From IMG/VR virus record IMGVR_UViG_3300044512_004270, positions 1 to 48,472 of that record: a stretch of DNA of 48,472 nucleotides, one strand, 5' to 3'. Shown here one piece after another: positions 18,333 through 29,700 of the stretch (the stretch's first letter is position 1; each line of letters opens with the position of its first letter). The position numbers and the translations under genes are program-made. The notes under the pieces are model-generated. The model searched no databases. It was given only the letters and a program-made list of their open reading frames with translations, and had not been told where the DNA came from. The stretch comes from a virus. Its lineage: Duplodnaviria > Caudoviricetes.

Positions 18333-18472
18333 TACTTTCTCTTTCGTCGTTTGACGCTTCGCAGTAAAGCTATCATTTTTTTAGCCGAAGCTGCGGATTT
18401 GGCGGTAGCCTTTTTACGCCAGGCTCCTCGCTTTTTTACATAAACTGTTTTTCCTCTAACTTTATAGGGCAT
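18332..18472 (-). CDS. 46-aa basic protein
   Basis: Manual: MPYKVRGKTVYVKKRGAWRKKATAKSAASAKKMIALLRSVKRRKRK; GAG RBS; TAATG overlap. Confidence 0.72.
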   Translation of the reverse strand: MPYKVRGKTVYVKKRGAWRKKATAKSAASAKKMIALLRSVKRRKRK

Positions 18473-18481
18473 GTATTACTC

Positions 18482-18937
18482 TTATGAAGGTTTAGTAGGC
18501 CAAGTTACAGAATACGGAAAACCTTCCTGCGCCGGCACATCTCTTAGTGCTTGTCTATAAGTAGCCATTTCTGTTGGCATAGTTACATCACTACATGCAT
18601 ACCAATCTGTATCAGCTAGTCTTCTGTTCCTAGTGATCCGCACTTTCTCGCCTTCAGTGGCGATGTCATTTGCTATCTGCTCGGCTGTTTTGTTCTCGAT
18701 GCTTTTAGTTAGCACCCAGCTACCACTTACAAGAGACGGTTGTGCGGATATAACTAGCTTTTGCGTAGCAGGGTCATACGAGGGCGCTGGCTCATAGCCA
18801 ACCGGATAAACGCCATTCGCCGCTAGTGTGTCGTTAGGTATCTCTGCTGGAAAAGAAATAGCCGTGTTGTCAGCACGGAATTGCTCGATGCTGTACGGAT
18901 ACTGCACTACTTCGTTATTGGCTGTTTTTACATACAT
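18482..18937 (-). CDS. Tail fibre assembly chaperone-like protein
   Basis: RNRRLADTDW..YRQALRDVPAQEGFP..VTWPTKP. Confidence 0.8.
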   Translation of the reverse strand: MYVKTANNEVVQYPYSIEQFRADNTAISFPAEIPNDTLAANGVYPVGYEPAPSYDPATQKLVISAQPSLVSGSWVLTKSIENKTAEQIANDIATEGEKVRITRNRRLADTDWYACSDVTMPTEMATYRQALRDVPAQEGFPYSVTWPTKPS

Positions 18938-18947
18938 TATTTACTCC

Positions 18948-20558
18948 TTAGTTAATTGAATATTGCCAGACTGTGTCTAAAACACGGCCAGCTACGTAAA
19001 ACGTTGTACCATCATCCTTAAAAAACAACGCGGTTGTAGTTGTTTCTGGCTCAATCAATATCTGTTTTGCATACGTAGAGGTGCTAATATCCCATGCGGT
19101 AGACAAGCTGTACTCCGAGACTGCATCATTTGATCCTCCTGCGTTGGACACAAACATTTTTGTTCCATCAGGTTTAAAGCGCACTTCGGTCGGTGCAGGC
19201 GAATTAGAATTAACATTGTAATTCTGTACAAAGCTAGCTGTGCTAATATCCCAAGCAGTGCTTAAATTATATTCGGTAACTTGATCACTTGAATCACCAA
19301 CAACATACATTTTAGTACCATCTGGCTTAAATTCCACGCCTGTCGGAATAAGTTGGTACGTTGATACAGAAAAATTTTGAATATAACTTAAGGTGCTGAT
19401 GTCCCATGCAGTTGATAGGCTATACTGATTCACATTATCGCTGTCAGCCCCCGTCACATATACACGAGTCCCGCTTGAATCGATATAAAGTCCTTGAGGG
19501 CTTGTTTCAGCGCTAGATATAGAAACGTTTTGCGAATAGGATGCTGTAGTAACATCCCATGCGGTGCTTAAATTATATTCATTAATGTCGTCTCCAGAGC
19601 CACCCGTAACATACATTTTGGAGCCGTCTGTTTTAAAAAATATAGAGTTAACACTACCTTCTTGTGAAAGAATGCTAAAAGTTTTAGCTCCAAATAAAAA
19701 TAAATCAATTTGATCTCCAGAATACCCCATTACAAATAGCTTTGCTCCATCTGGTTTAATCCACATAGCTGAAGGAAGACTCTCATAAGCGGAAATATTC
19801 GATGATGTTTGTGAATAACTTGCAGTGCTAATATCCCATCCTGTCGATAAAGTAAACTCATTAATGTCGTCGCCAGTGGAGCCAATGATCCACATTGTTT
19901 CGCCATCAGATGAAAAAAATAAATCTTGTGTAAAACCTTCATAAGATGCGACAGAAAAATTTTGCGAGTAGCTAGCAGTGGTTACGTCCCATGCGGTGCT
20001 TAAATTATATTCATTAACTTTGTCGCCAGTGGAGCCTGTTATATACATTTTGGTGCCGTCTGGCTTAAATCGTAGACCTCTTGGTGCAGTTTCTTGTGCA
20101 GAAATTGAAAAATTTTGCGAGTAGCTAGCCGTGCTGACATCCCATGCTGTACTTAAGTTATATTCATATACAGTGTCACCGGTGGTGCCACAAAGATAAA
20201 ATTTTGTACCATCAGGCTTAAAGTCCAAACTAGTCGCTGTTGCCTCTTGAGTACCAATAGCGAATGCATAGTCCAGACTTCTGGTGGTTGGATCCCAAGC
20301 TGTACTCATTGTATACTCTTTTACAGTATCACTACTTGAGCCTGTTATATACATTTTGGTGCCATCTGACTTAACATATAATCCTTGAGCATTAGCACCG
20401 ATACTAACTCCGCCGAACTTTATATGAGTAATGTCGCTGACATCAAAATAGTTTGCTGAGTTTTGGTCTATTGCAGCATAGTCAAGGTCCCACGCATTTG
20501 ATGCTGAAGCAATCCCATTTCCAGCAGCAGCGCTTAAACTTATCGCTAAATTATTCAT
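18948..20558 (-). CDS. Beta-propeller repeat virion/fibre protein
   Basis: About 11 repeats of FKPDGTKMYV.G...D.V.EYNLSTAWD.STAS; likely start ATG 20558 (TAATG overlap). Confidence 0.8.
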   Translation of the reverse strand: MNNLAISLSAAAGNGIASASNAWDLDYAAIDQNSANYFDVSDITHIKFGGVSIGANAQGLYVKSDGTKMYITGSSSDTVKEYTMSTAWDPTTRSLDYAFAIGTQEATATSLDFKPDGTKFYLCGTTGDTVYEYNLSTAWDVSTASYSQNFSISAQETAPRGLRFKPDGTKMYITGSTGDKVNEYNLSTAWDVTTASYSQNFSVASYEGFTQDLFFSSDGETMWIIGSTGDDINEFTLSTGWDISTASYSQTSSNISAYESLPSAMWIKPDGAKLFVMGYSGDQIDLFLFGAKTFSILSQEGSVNSIFFKTDGSKMYVTGGSGDDINEYNLSTAWDVTTASYSQNVSISSAETSPQGLYIDSSGTRVYVTGADSDNVNQYSLSTAWDISTLSYIQNFSVSTYQLIPTGVEFKPDGTKMYVVGDSSDQVTEYNLSTAWDISTASFVQNYNVNSNSPAPTEVRFKPDGTKMFVSNAGGSNDAVSEYSLSTAWDISTSTYAKQILIEPETTTTALFFKDDGTTFYVAGRVLDTVWQYSIN

Positions 20559-21109
20559 TATGCATAACTTCCTACGTAAGCTCCATAGAGTGTTGTACTT
20601 ACCTTCCAGAATACAAGAGTATCTTTTGCGGTAAGAGTTGGAGCAGTATTTCCTCCACTTGTAACCCAAGTTAAAGTTGGCCAAGTAATTGTATATGAAG
20701 CTCCACCTTCAAGCATTAATACAACACTTTCACCGGAAGTTAGTGATTCAGTAAACGTTGTATTTGCAGCTACAGTTTTTGTTTGTATTCCTCCGTTTCC
20801 TGGATCAATGTCTGTGCCTGTAAGTGCATATACTGTGGCTGCGAGAGGTGCATAGGTGCTAGATACCGAAGAAGTTGTTGCATAACTTGATAAATCTGGA
20901 GGAGTGTAGCTAAAGACACCTGTACTATTTGAATAAGTAAGTGCTGCAGTTCCGACAGAGTTTGTAGTTACTGAAAGATCTGTTAAGGCTATTCCAGATT
21001 GAGCTCCTCCGTCCCAGCGCGTCTTGCTACTGTTATAAGTGTAAGTTATACCATTAACGGTTACTGTTTGACCGTTAGTTGGAGAATCTGGAAAATCGTA
21101 AGCTGCCAT
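20558..21109 (-). CDS. Fibre adaptor-like structural protein
   Basis: N-terminal FP.SPTNGQTVTVNG.TY motif shared with 23522 and 24086 genes; DLSVTTNS.GTAALTY repeat. Confidence 0.7.
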   Translation of the reverse strand: MAAYDFPDSPTNGQTVTVNGITYTYNSSKTRWDGGAQSGIALTDLSVTTNSVGTAALTYSNSTGVFSYTPPDLSSYATTSSVSSTYAPLAATVYALTGTDIDPGNGGIQTKTVAANTTFTESLTSGESVVLMLEGGASYTITWPTLTWVTSGGNTAPTLTAKDTLVFWKVSTTLYGAYVGSYA

Positions 21110-21113
21110 TATA

Positions 21114-23522
21114 TTATCCGCTTAAAGCCGCAGTGGGCGCTGTGAAGTTTGCTGTGTATCGAGCGAGGCCTTTGGTGATGCGAAAGTCTGATATGTAGCC
21201 ATTGTAGTCATAGGCGTTACTCAAATAGTATCTACCTAACCACAGTAAATTGTCACCATTTTGGTTAGTATTCACTGTTGCGGTACCCTGCGATGTACCG
21301 TTTACCCAAAGGGTACAGGTGCCGGAAGCTCTTGTAACAGCTACGTGATGCCACTGATTTGCAGAAAAAGTGCTCGTGCTCGTTATTCTGAAACCAGTAC
21401 TTTCGTAGAAAGTATACTTACCAGTAGTATATGACCAAAAAAGTGCTATGTGGTCAGTATCGCTACCTGACCTGAAGTCCCATGGAATCATCCAACTGGT
21501 GCTATTTGGATAAAACCAAGATTCAACAGTAAAATCACCCGTACCAAGATTAGTTAGATTGTTACCTGCCGGTACAGTAATATAATCGTTTGTACCATCA
21601 AAAGCCATTGACGACGACAAATACTTTGTCTGAGTCGTAGAAGAACTTACATTCCCGTTTAGAGTCAACGTCTGTACGGACTGTGACTTATCAATAATGC
21701 CAGCGTTGGTTCCTTTAAGTAGTAGACTAGTGCCACTGATTGCTGTTAGTGGTGCTGTGGGTGGGGTAAAAGCAGATGTATAAACTGCTGTGCCAAGGAC
21801 TACTCTAAAATCTGCAAAATTAGCATTACACCAATTAGCATTATCATTTAGACTTCCTCCAATAGTCAAAGAAGCACCAAGACTCAAGTTCGATGTTTGA
21901 CTTGAACTTGTTACTTCTGTTCCGTCTATATAAGTTTTAAGTGTGCCACTATTTAAAACTTGGGCTATATGATGCCATACCTTAGTTCTAACAACTCCTG
22001 CGGAAGACACAGTTATCCCATTACTTCTATAGCGAAGTGATCCATCGCTCTGTACTGATAAAAAATCATCTGTCGGAGTAGCCCCCGTTCTAGCATCCCA
22101 TATAATATTTGTAGTAGCTAAGCTATAAAAATATGCCCAACACTCGATAGTCCAATTTCCGGTTCCTCTTGCTACAGAGGCTGCAGGCGCTTGTAAATAG
22201 TCTCCCGACCCATCAAAATATATTGAACCGCCATTGGTACTCGCCGAATATGTTTCATAGTCATATGGCGCAAATTGTTCCGTCTTGATGTTGCCGTTAA
22301 CAGTAATAGCGTAGCCATTCGTCGAGCCGTCAGCTATGTAAGGCAAATGACAGGTTAGCAGGCTTGTGTTTGCAACTGCGGTGAGGCGTTCTATTGGGGG
22401 TGTAAAAGCAGAGGTATAAACTGCAGATGTTGTTATACGAACATTAGACATATATCCATAGAAAGATCGTGTGTTAGTTCCTTCAGAATATGATTGTGTG
22501 CCTATAAATGATCTGTTTGATGATCCAGGAGTTGGGATTCCTCCACTTTTACTAAAGGTTGCTCTTGAAATTCCATTTACATATATAGTACATGAAGAAT
22601 TATCTGCTGCTCTAACTAAAGCGATATGTGTCCATGTATTTACTGGTACATTAACAGAAGTAGATGCCGATGGCGTGCCACCACCCCAAAACACTTGATA
22701 TGTTCCAGAACTATTTGCACCAAACTCGAAAAAATCTGCGCCGACACTGCCGTTATTTCCGCTAGTAAAAATAGGATTTGAATATTGGCTAAAAGCAGTG
22801 TGATAAACCCATGCTTCTATAGTAAAGGCTGTTGAATGACCAGCTAGAAGATTAGTCAGGTTTAAATAATCACCAGATCCATCAAAATAAGTTGAATACC
22901 CACCATGTCGATATGGACTAAATGTATTTTGAGTTACATTGCCGGTTGCTGTAATAGTATGGCTATTGGTACTCGAATCTACAAAATCATTATTAACAGC
23001 GTTATTCGCACCTACAGAAGTAATTAGCGCTGTCGTGTAGTTGCTGTTTTGGACTGTGAAAGCAAGCGTGAAACTGCTCACCGCGGTCGCAATGTTTACC
23101 CCGTCGCTCGCTCTGAACGTTAAACTAAATGTTCCAGCATTTGCACCATTTGTTGAGGGTGTAATAGTAAATACATTAGCACTAGCCCCCGTGCCCTGCG
23201 TAACGGTCGCCACGTTGCCAGAAGTATCCGACGCGATGCTGTAAACAATCGGGATGCCTTCGGGATCGGTCGCAGTAATCGTCACAGTTGTAGCAGTGCC
23301 GTCAGCTGCCAGCTCATAGCTAGAGGATACTCCACTAATGCTTGGCGTGGTATTGATCAAAGCAATATTGTACCAGCCACTTCCATTCCAAATATAAAGT
23401 CGATTGGTTCCAGTTACAAGTGCTTGATCTCCTGTAGTATTACCACTTGTAGGCAAGTTATCTGCGGTTGCATACTCTGCTACTCCAGTAAATTCATATC
23501 TTATATCAGAATAATTTGCCAT
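21114..23522 (-). CDS. LamG/concanavalin A-like domain fibre protein
   Basis: Three FDGSGDYL..FTIE.W..W.H.A.VR..GY.S..RIT modules after an Ig/cadherin-like domain. Confidence 0.85.
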   Translation of the reverse strand: MANYSDIRYEFTGVAEYATADNLPTSGNTTGDQALVTGTNRLYIWNGSGWYNIALINTTPSISGVSSSYELAADGTATTVTITATDPEGIPIVYSIASDTSGNVATVTQGTGASANVFTITPSTNGANAGTFSLTFRASDGVNIATAVSSFTLAFTVQNSNYTTALITSVGANNAVNNDFVDSSTNSHTITATGNVTQNTFSPYRHGGYSTYFDGSGDYLNLTNLLAGHSTAFTIEAWVYHTAFSQYSNPIFTSGNNGSVGADFFEFGANSSGTYQVFWGGGTPSASTSVNVPVNTWTHIALVRAADNSSCTIYVNGISRATFSKSGGIPTPGSSNRSFIGTQSYSEGTNTRSFYGYMSNVRITTSAVYTSAFTPPIERLTAVANTSLLTCHLPYIADGSTNGYAITVNGNIKTEQFAPYDYETYSASTNGGSIYFDGSGDYLQAPAASVARGTGNWTIECWAYFYSLATTNIIWDARTGATPTDDFLSVQSDGSLRYRSNGITVSSAGVVRTKVWHHIAQVLNSGTLKTYIDGTEVTSSSQTSNLSLGASLTIGGSLNDNANWCNANFADFRVVLGTAVYTSAFTPPTAPLTAISGTSLLLKGTNAGIIDKSQSVQTLTLNGNVSSSTTQTKYLSSSMAFDGTNDYITVPAGNNLTNLGTGDFTVESWFYPNSTSWMIPWDFRSGSDTDHIALFWSYTTGKYTFYESTGFRITSTSTFSANQWHHVAVTRASGTCTLWVNGTSQGTATVNTNQNGDNLLWLGRYYLSNAYDYNGYISDFRITKGLARYTANFTAPTAALSG

Positions 23523-24082
23523 TATCGCTCCATTAGTATCCAGCCGTTTGTAGTATTATAATATACTAAACCAAAAGCTGCTCGATTAGTAGAAATTGTT
23601 AAATCAGATGCGGCACCTTGAATATTGTGTCCGTTTCTTGCTACTGTAATGTTATTCGTACTCGCATTTCCTGTTCCGTCAATAATTCGTATCTCATCTC
23701 CCCGAGCCGCGCTTGCAGGAAGAGTAATAGTAACTGCTGAAGAAGTATCAACTATTATTTTATCTCCAACAGTTGCTGTATATGCCGAAGTTTTTTCTAA
23801 CCAAGCCGTAGAGCTAGTTCCTCCCGCTCCAGTTGGATTTGCTTGTACCCACTGATTTGAGCTTCCATCATTATAATATACATAAGTTTTAAGAGCGTTT
23901 GGATCAAACCAAAAATCTCCTGTGCTAGGGCCACTAGGGGCAGTTTCTGATACCGAAAAACGATGAACGCGATTGTCTAAGGCCTGCCAACGTGTTTTTG
24001 AAGTACTATAGCTATAAGTAACGCCATTGACAGTTACAGTTTGTCCATTTGTGGGTGAAGCTGGAAAATTATAAGCTGCCAT
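23522..24082 (-). CDS. Fibre adaptor-like structural protein
   Basis: FPASPTNGQT motif, GDFWFD..YVYYNDGSSNQWV, TITLPAS..GDEIRIID..NITVARNG. Confidence 0.7.
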   Translation of the reverse strand: MAAYNFPASPTNGQTVTVNGVTYSYSTSKTRWQALDNRVHRFSVSETAPSGPSTGDFWFDPNALKTYVYYNDGSSNQWVQANPTGAGGTSSTAWLEKTSAYTATVGDKIIVDTSSAVTITLPASAARGDEIRIIDGTGNASTNNITVARNGHNIQGAASDLTISTNRAAFGLVYYNTTNGWILMER

Positions 24083-24085
24083 AGT

Positions 24086-26713
24086 TTATCCTTTTAGAGG
24101 CTCTGTGGGCGCTGTGAAATTGGTACCTTGATATCTAGCATAACCATCTGTGATTCGTATATCTTCCATATAGCCATTAAAATAATTGCCCGTTCCAGAT
24201 CTTGTACCTATACGTAGCCCCGCTGTTGGTATAGAAGTAGTGGAATGTGTAGCAGAATAAGTACTAGTACCATTAACAAAACATTTTATAGTTCCACCAT
24301 AGTTTTCAATTGCAATGTGAGTCCAAGTTGTAGCCGAAAGAGTAGTCAGGTTTGTATGGTGAGGATAAAAATCTAATCTACCACCTGACAGGTGGTAGAT
24401 TGTCCACCCAGTAGTGGCGCTAAATGAAAAGGTTTCGAGAATATTTCGTTCAGCACTAGTATTTGTCAAATATATCCAGAACTCAATAGTAAAATCTCTA
24501 CCATCTCTTAGCAGTTGAAAATCAGGAATTTCTATCTTATCCCCGGTGCCATCGAATTTAATACTTGTTGTAGAGTTTTTAGTCTGAGTACTAGACGATT
24601 GAGCATCTCCAGTTAGAATTACAGCCTTAACTGATTGCGACTTATCGATAATGCCTGCGTCTGTTCCTTTGAGAAGCAGAGAGGTATTGGTGATTGCTGT
24701 AAGTGGGGCTGTGGGTGGGGTGAAGTCTGAAGTGTATACTGCCGTACCTTTTACCACACGAACATCAGCTATATTACAAGCCGGTATAGTATTAGATCCA
24801 TCAGCTCCCATTGCTCCTATTGCGAATGCAGAATTATTATCTGGGATAGTAACAGAGCTAGTAACTGATACTCCTGCTTTTCCATTTACATATAACTTAA
24901 AACTAGTTCCATTTCTTACTACCGCGAAATGATTCCAATGGTTAGTTTTGAAAGCAATACTAGATCGACTATTGATTGCCCAAGACCCAGATTGCGCTAC
25001 TAATAAATCAAAGTGTCCTGTTGTGGTGTTGGAATAAACTAAAACTCCATTTGATTCACTACTATTTGCTCTTTTTGAAATTAATCCATCATTGGTACTA
25101 GCCGTTGCGTGAGGGTAATACCATCCTTCAATAGTAAAATCCGAGCTACCCATATCTAAATCTGCGCTATCTGCGATAGTTAAGTAATCACCAGTTCCAT
25201 CAAAATACATCGACCCGCCGTGATCGTTAGATGCATATGTTGCGTAATCGTAAGGGCCGAAGGATTCGACAGTCGGGTCACCAGTATCTAACGTCACAGA
25301 TAGAGCGCTAGAAGATTCATCAACAATATACGGCTTTCTGAAAGCGAGTAATTTTGTGTTGGTTCCGGCAGTTAGTGTCTCTGTAGGTGGCGTAAAAGAG
25401 GATGTATAAACCGCTTCTCCTTTGGTTATTCGTACATCATGGATATAACCTGTTGCATATTGACCATATGTTTGGGGTCTACCCATGAATGACAACATGC
25501 TGTTTGTGTTTGGGATATTATCTGTATTACTGCCGCTTGCTACTGAAGTGCCGTTTTCATAAATCGTTACAGTTCCACTGTTTCTTACAACAGCCAAATG
25601 TACCCATTCTTTTAATGTAACGGTATTCGCGCTTGACGAAACAGTTGTATTCCATCCGCTTCCCGTACCTGTTTGAAAATTATACTTTGGGCCGCCCCAC
25701 TGAGAACCTATAACACTAAACCAAAGCTCGGCATCTGTACCATTGTTACCTATTAACGTGTGCTCTCCTGATGCCCCGATAGAAGCGAGATCAATCCAAA
25801 ACCAGCCCTCTAGGGTGAAATCCCCCGTCCCGAATGTAAACTCATCTGAAGCCGTTTCGTTAAATTTAACTGCATCGTTGCCATCGCAATAAACCGAATA
25901 CCCGCCACGACGATAAGGGCTAAATGTGCCCTGCGTCGCGTTGCCGCTAGCAGTGACGGTATGATTATTGGTAGAGGCGTCGTCAAACGAGTTATTGACG
26001 GCAGTATTTGCACCAACAGAAGTAATTAGTGCTGTGGTGTAGTTGCTGTTTTCGATTGAAAAGCTCAGCTCAAATGTAGAGCTAGCCGATGCGATATTAG
26101 TTCCATCGCTCGCTCTAAATACTAATGTAAAACTGCCCGCATTTGCCTCGTTTGTGCTTGGCGTAATTGTCCATTGGTTAGTATTTGCTCCAGTGCCTTG
26201 AGCAACCGTTGCAATATTTCCAGACGTATCGCTAACAATACTGTAGGTGATTGGTATGCCTTCAGGATCAGTTGCAGTAACCGTAACGGTTGTAGCTGTG
26301 CCATCACTTGCAAGAGTGTAAGTAGCATTCACACCACTAATTGAAGGAGTTTGATTGACTATTGCTATTGAATACCATCCAGTATCACTAAAGATATAAA
26401 GCTTATCAGTAGAATCGACAAGTGCCATCGCTCCTTCTGTTACTCCTGAAAGAGGAAGATCGTCAATTGTTGCATACACTTGAACTCCTGAATCTGCAGG
26501 TTTCCATTTTTCATCTGTACTATTCCATTGTAGTACTTGCCGATTTGCAGGAGCAGTAGTAGAAGTATCTACATCAGTTAGCTTATCAATACTTTGAGTC
26601 AGCCCTTGCGGACTATCAGACCAAACTCCTTGAGTTGAGTCGTAGACATAATTAATTCCACCGACTGCTATGGTGTCTCCATTTGTAGGATTGCTTGGAA
26701 AATTAATAGCCAT
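24086..26713 (-). CDS. LamG/concanavalin A-like domain fibre protein
   Basis: Paralog of 21114..23522 with the same module order. Confidence 0.85.
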   Translation of the reverse strand: MAINFPSNPTNGDTIAVGGINYVYDSTQGVWSDSPQGLTQSIDKLTDVDTSTTAPANRQVLQWNSTDEKWKPADSGVQVYATIDDLPLSGVTEGAMALVDSTDKLYIFSDTGWYSIAIVNQTPSISGVNATYTLASDGTATTVTVTATDPEGIPITYSIVSDTSGNIATVAQGTGANTNQWTITPSTNEANAGSFTLVFRASDGTNIASASSTFELSFSIENSNYTTALITSVGANTAVNNSFDDASTNNHTVTASGNATQGTFSPYRRGGYSVYCDGNDAVKFNETASDEFTFGTGDFTLEGWFWIDLASIGASGEHTLIGNNGTDAELWFSVIGSQWGGPKYNFQTGTGSGWNTTVSSSANTVTLKEWVHLAVVRNSGTVTIYENGTSVASGSNTDNIPNTNSMLSFMGRPQTYGQYATGYIHDVRITKGEAVYTSSFTPPTETLTAGTNTKLLAFRKPYIVDESSSALSVTLDTGDPTVESFGPYDYATYASNDHGGSMYFDGTGDYLTIADSADLDMGSSDFTIEGWYYPHATASTNDGLISKRANSSESNGVLVYSNTTTGHFDLLVAQSGSWAINSRSSIAFKTNHWNHFAVVRNGTSFKLYVNGKAGVSVTSSVTIPDNNSAFAIGAMGADGSNTIPACNIADVRVVKGTAVYTSDFTPPTAPLTAITNTSLLLKGTDAGIIDKSQSVKAVILTGDAQSSSTQTKNSTTSIKFDGTGDKIEIPDFQLLRDGRDFTIEFWIYLTNTSAERNILETFSFSATTGWTIYHLSGGRLDFYPHHTNLTTLSATTWTHIAIENYGGTIKCFVNGTSTYSATHSTTSIPTAGLRIGTRSGTGNYFNGYMEDIRITDGYARYQGTNFTAPTEPLKG

Positions 26714-26717
26714 TATA

Positions 26718-29700
26718 TTATCCTTTTAACGATGCTGTTGGTGGTGTGAAGTTTGCTGTGTATCTTGCTAGGCCTCTGGTGACACGGAAGTCAGACAAAT
26801 ATCCCTGTATGTGGCCATCTGCACTATCACTACTTCTGCCTACAAAAAATGAAGTCCCATTACCATCTAAAGCAACTGAGCTAGCTACTGTTCCAATACT
26901 AGATCCATCGATGTAAACGGTTATAGTACCATTATATCTTGCTATAGCGACATGAACCCATTGGTTATAGTTTACTGTACCAGCATTGATGGCTGGAAAG
27001 GAACCGTTGTGCGCTAATTGATATTGAGTTGTAGTGCTACCACCATGCCCGGCGAAGAATTGTAAGGTACCGGTTGTCCACGTAGTATAGTTTCCGAAAA
27101 ATGCTGGATACGAATCTACTCTAGCTGTAAGATAATGCCAGAACTCTATAGTAAAGTCTTCGCCTGCAGTAATGTTAAATCTTGGAAATGTTATCATATC
27201 ATCAACTCCATCAAAATAAATAGATGAAGTTAAAAACTTAGATTGGGTAGTAGAGGATTTTGTACCTCCAGTCAAAGTCATACTATTTATTGTTTGCGAC
27301 TTGTCGATGATGCCAGCGTTGGTTCCACTGACGAGCAATTGAGTATTTGTGATTGCTGTTAGTGGGGCTGTAGGCGGAGTGAATGCCGACGTGTAAACGG
27401 CGGTGCCTTTTACAATTCTCCAATCACTTATAAAACCTGTAAAGCTGTCAGTGGCAGTCGCTGCGTCATTGTACGTTCCGATCCAAGCGAGACGGTTTCC
27501 ATCTGTATATGAACTAGTCCACGTACCCTCGCTAGCTCCATTAATATACATTGTGGTGGTGCCGCCATTGTCTACTATAGCAACGTGATACCACTTATTC
27601 GCCGTGACTGTTGCAGAAATTCTTGTTGACCCGTTTACCCACCAATTTAATGTTGTAGAGTTAGAAAAATATAAACTTTCTCTATTAGAAGCATCAATAT
27701 AGGACGCAAATACGTGCTCTGCAGAAGCCGGCGCAGTAGCATAAAACCAGCCTTCTATGGTGAAAGCCGTGTTGTAAAGGTTGAATGTTGAGCTACTAGC
27801 TACTTTTAAATAATCACCAGTCCCATCAAAAGCTATCGACCCGCCATTACTACTCGATGAATATTCTTCATAATCATACGGACTCGAGGGCCTTAGTTGT
27901 GTTGTGCTAGTATTAAAAGTTCGATTATTACTTGAATAATCTTTTATCTCTGTTCCAACTCCCGTAAAAAATGCATCGGTAGCATTTGAGGTAGTTTGAG
28001 GTTCAGTAGGAGTAGTAGGAGCATTTCCACTATATACTGCAGTACTTAAACTAAATCGAGCTTCTTTTACATATCCTTTAAAACGACCACTTGCAACACC
28101 TCCCATTAGCCAGTTTCCACCTCCAGAGGGAGCCTCTGTATTAGCAAAACTAGCTTCTGCAGAGCCGTCAGCCCAGTAATAATATGTACCATTATAACGT
28201 TCCCACACAAGATAGTGCCATTTTCCATCTCTTAAATCAGTATTGCAGGTGGGGGCTTCTACTCCAACACCTGTATGAGTATACATATATCCTGTTGTAC
28301 CAGATATTGCGAAAGCTTCTAATTGATTTCCTCCATTGTACTTTCCTAAAATAGTTTCTCCTGTTTCACACAAAGCCCAGCATTCAAAAGTCCAGTTGCC
28401 AGAATTTAAGGTAGAAAACCCTAGATCCATGACATTTACTCCATCAAAATATAGACTGTGTCCACCAGACCTGTAAGGACTAAAAGTGTTTTGAGTTACA
28501 TCGCCTGATGCAGTAATCGTATGACTATTAGTACTTGAGTCTACAAAGTCATTATTATCAGCGTTGTTAGCACCAACAGATGTAACTAGTGCATGTGTAT
28601 AATGACTGTTTGGAATCTGAAACTGAAGGGTAAAACTACTTGCTGCCGTAGCGATATTCACTCCGTCGCTTGCTCTGAAAGTTAAACTAAACGTGCCTGC
28701 GTTAGCAGCACTCGTCGAAGGAGTAATAGTAAATACATTGCTACTTGCTCCAGTACCTTGTGCCACAGTTGCGATATTTCCGGAGGTATCGCTTACAATA
28801 CTGTAAGTAATTGGTAGTCCTTCGGGATCAGTTGCAGTTATCGTAACTGTCGTAGCGGTGCCGTCAGTTGCAAGAGTGTAAGCAGAAGATGCTCCACTAA
28901 TGCTTGGAGTCGTGTTAATTAGCGCAATGTTATACCAACCAGTACCATTCCAGAGATATAATCGGCTTGTAGAGCTTACGAATGCTTGTGCCCCCGTTTC
29001 GACTCCGGAGAGTGGAAGATCATCAACAGAAGAATAAACTGTAGTTCCTGCTGAAGATGCTGCAGGATTTGTTTGTACCCACTGGTTTGAGTCTCCATCA
29101 TTATAGTAAACATAAGTTTCGAGAGTACTTGGGTCAAACCACAAATTACCAGCGGCTGGATTAGTTGGTGCACTTTCTTGTACTAATGCACCTGAAGAAC
29201 CTGATGGATTCGCTTTAACCCATTGGGATGAAGAACCGTCATTGTAGTAAACATACAAACGTAATGTAGTTGTATCATACCAAAGATCTCCAGCCGAAGG
29301 AGAGGAAGGTGCTGTATCCGAAGAAGTTACGGATGCACCGCCACCGCCTCCACCAGACTGTGCAACCCAATCATAATCAGAGCCAGTCCAGCTTAAAACT
29401 TGGTTAGCAGTTGCAGTGCTAGTATTTAAATGTGAATCAACACTGCTATCACTATAGCTACCTCCGGACGGAGAAGCTGCATCCCATCTACTATTAGCGT
29501 TATCCCATGTAAGCACTTGCCCATCTGTAGGCGTCATAGTATTTACATCAGAAAGATTTTCTATGCTTTGGCCTGTAATGCCGGTCAAGTAGCTAGATAG
29601 GTCTGGTGGGGTATAAGTAAATACTCCATTTGAATATGAGAGAGCCGCTGTACCCGCTGAGTTTGTAGTTACTGAAAAATCAGATAGAGCTATAGTAGAA

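Noticed and set aside
20559-20684. N-terminal extension of the propeller ORF
   Set aside because: It overlaps the upstream gene; TAATG coupling points to a start at 20558.
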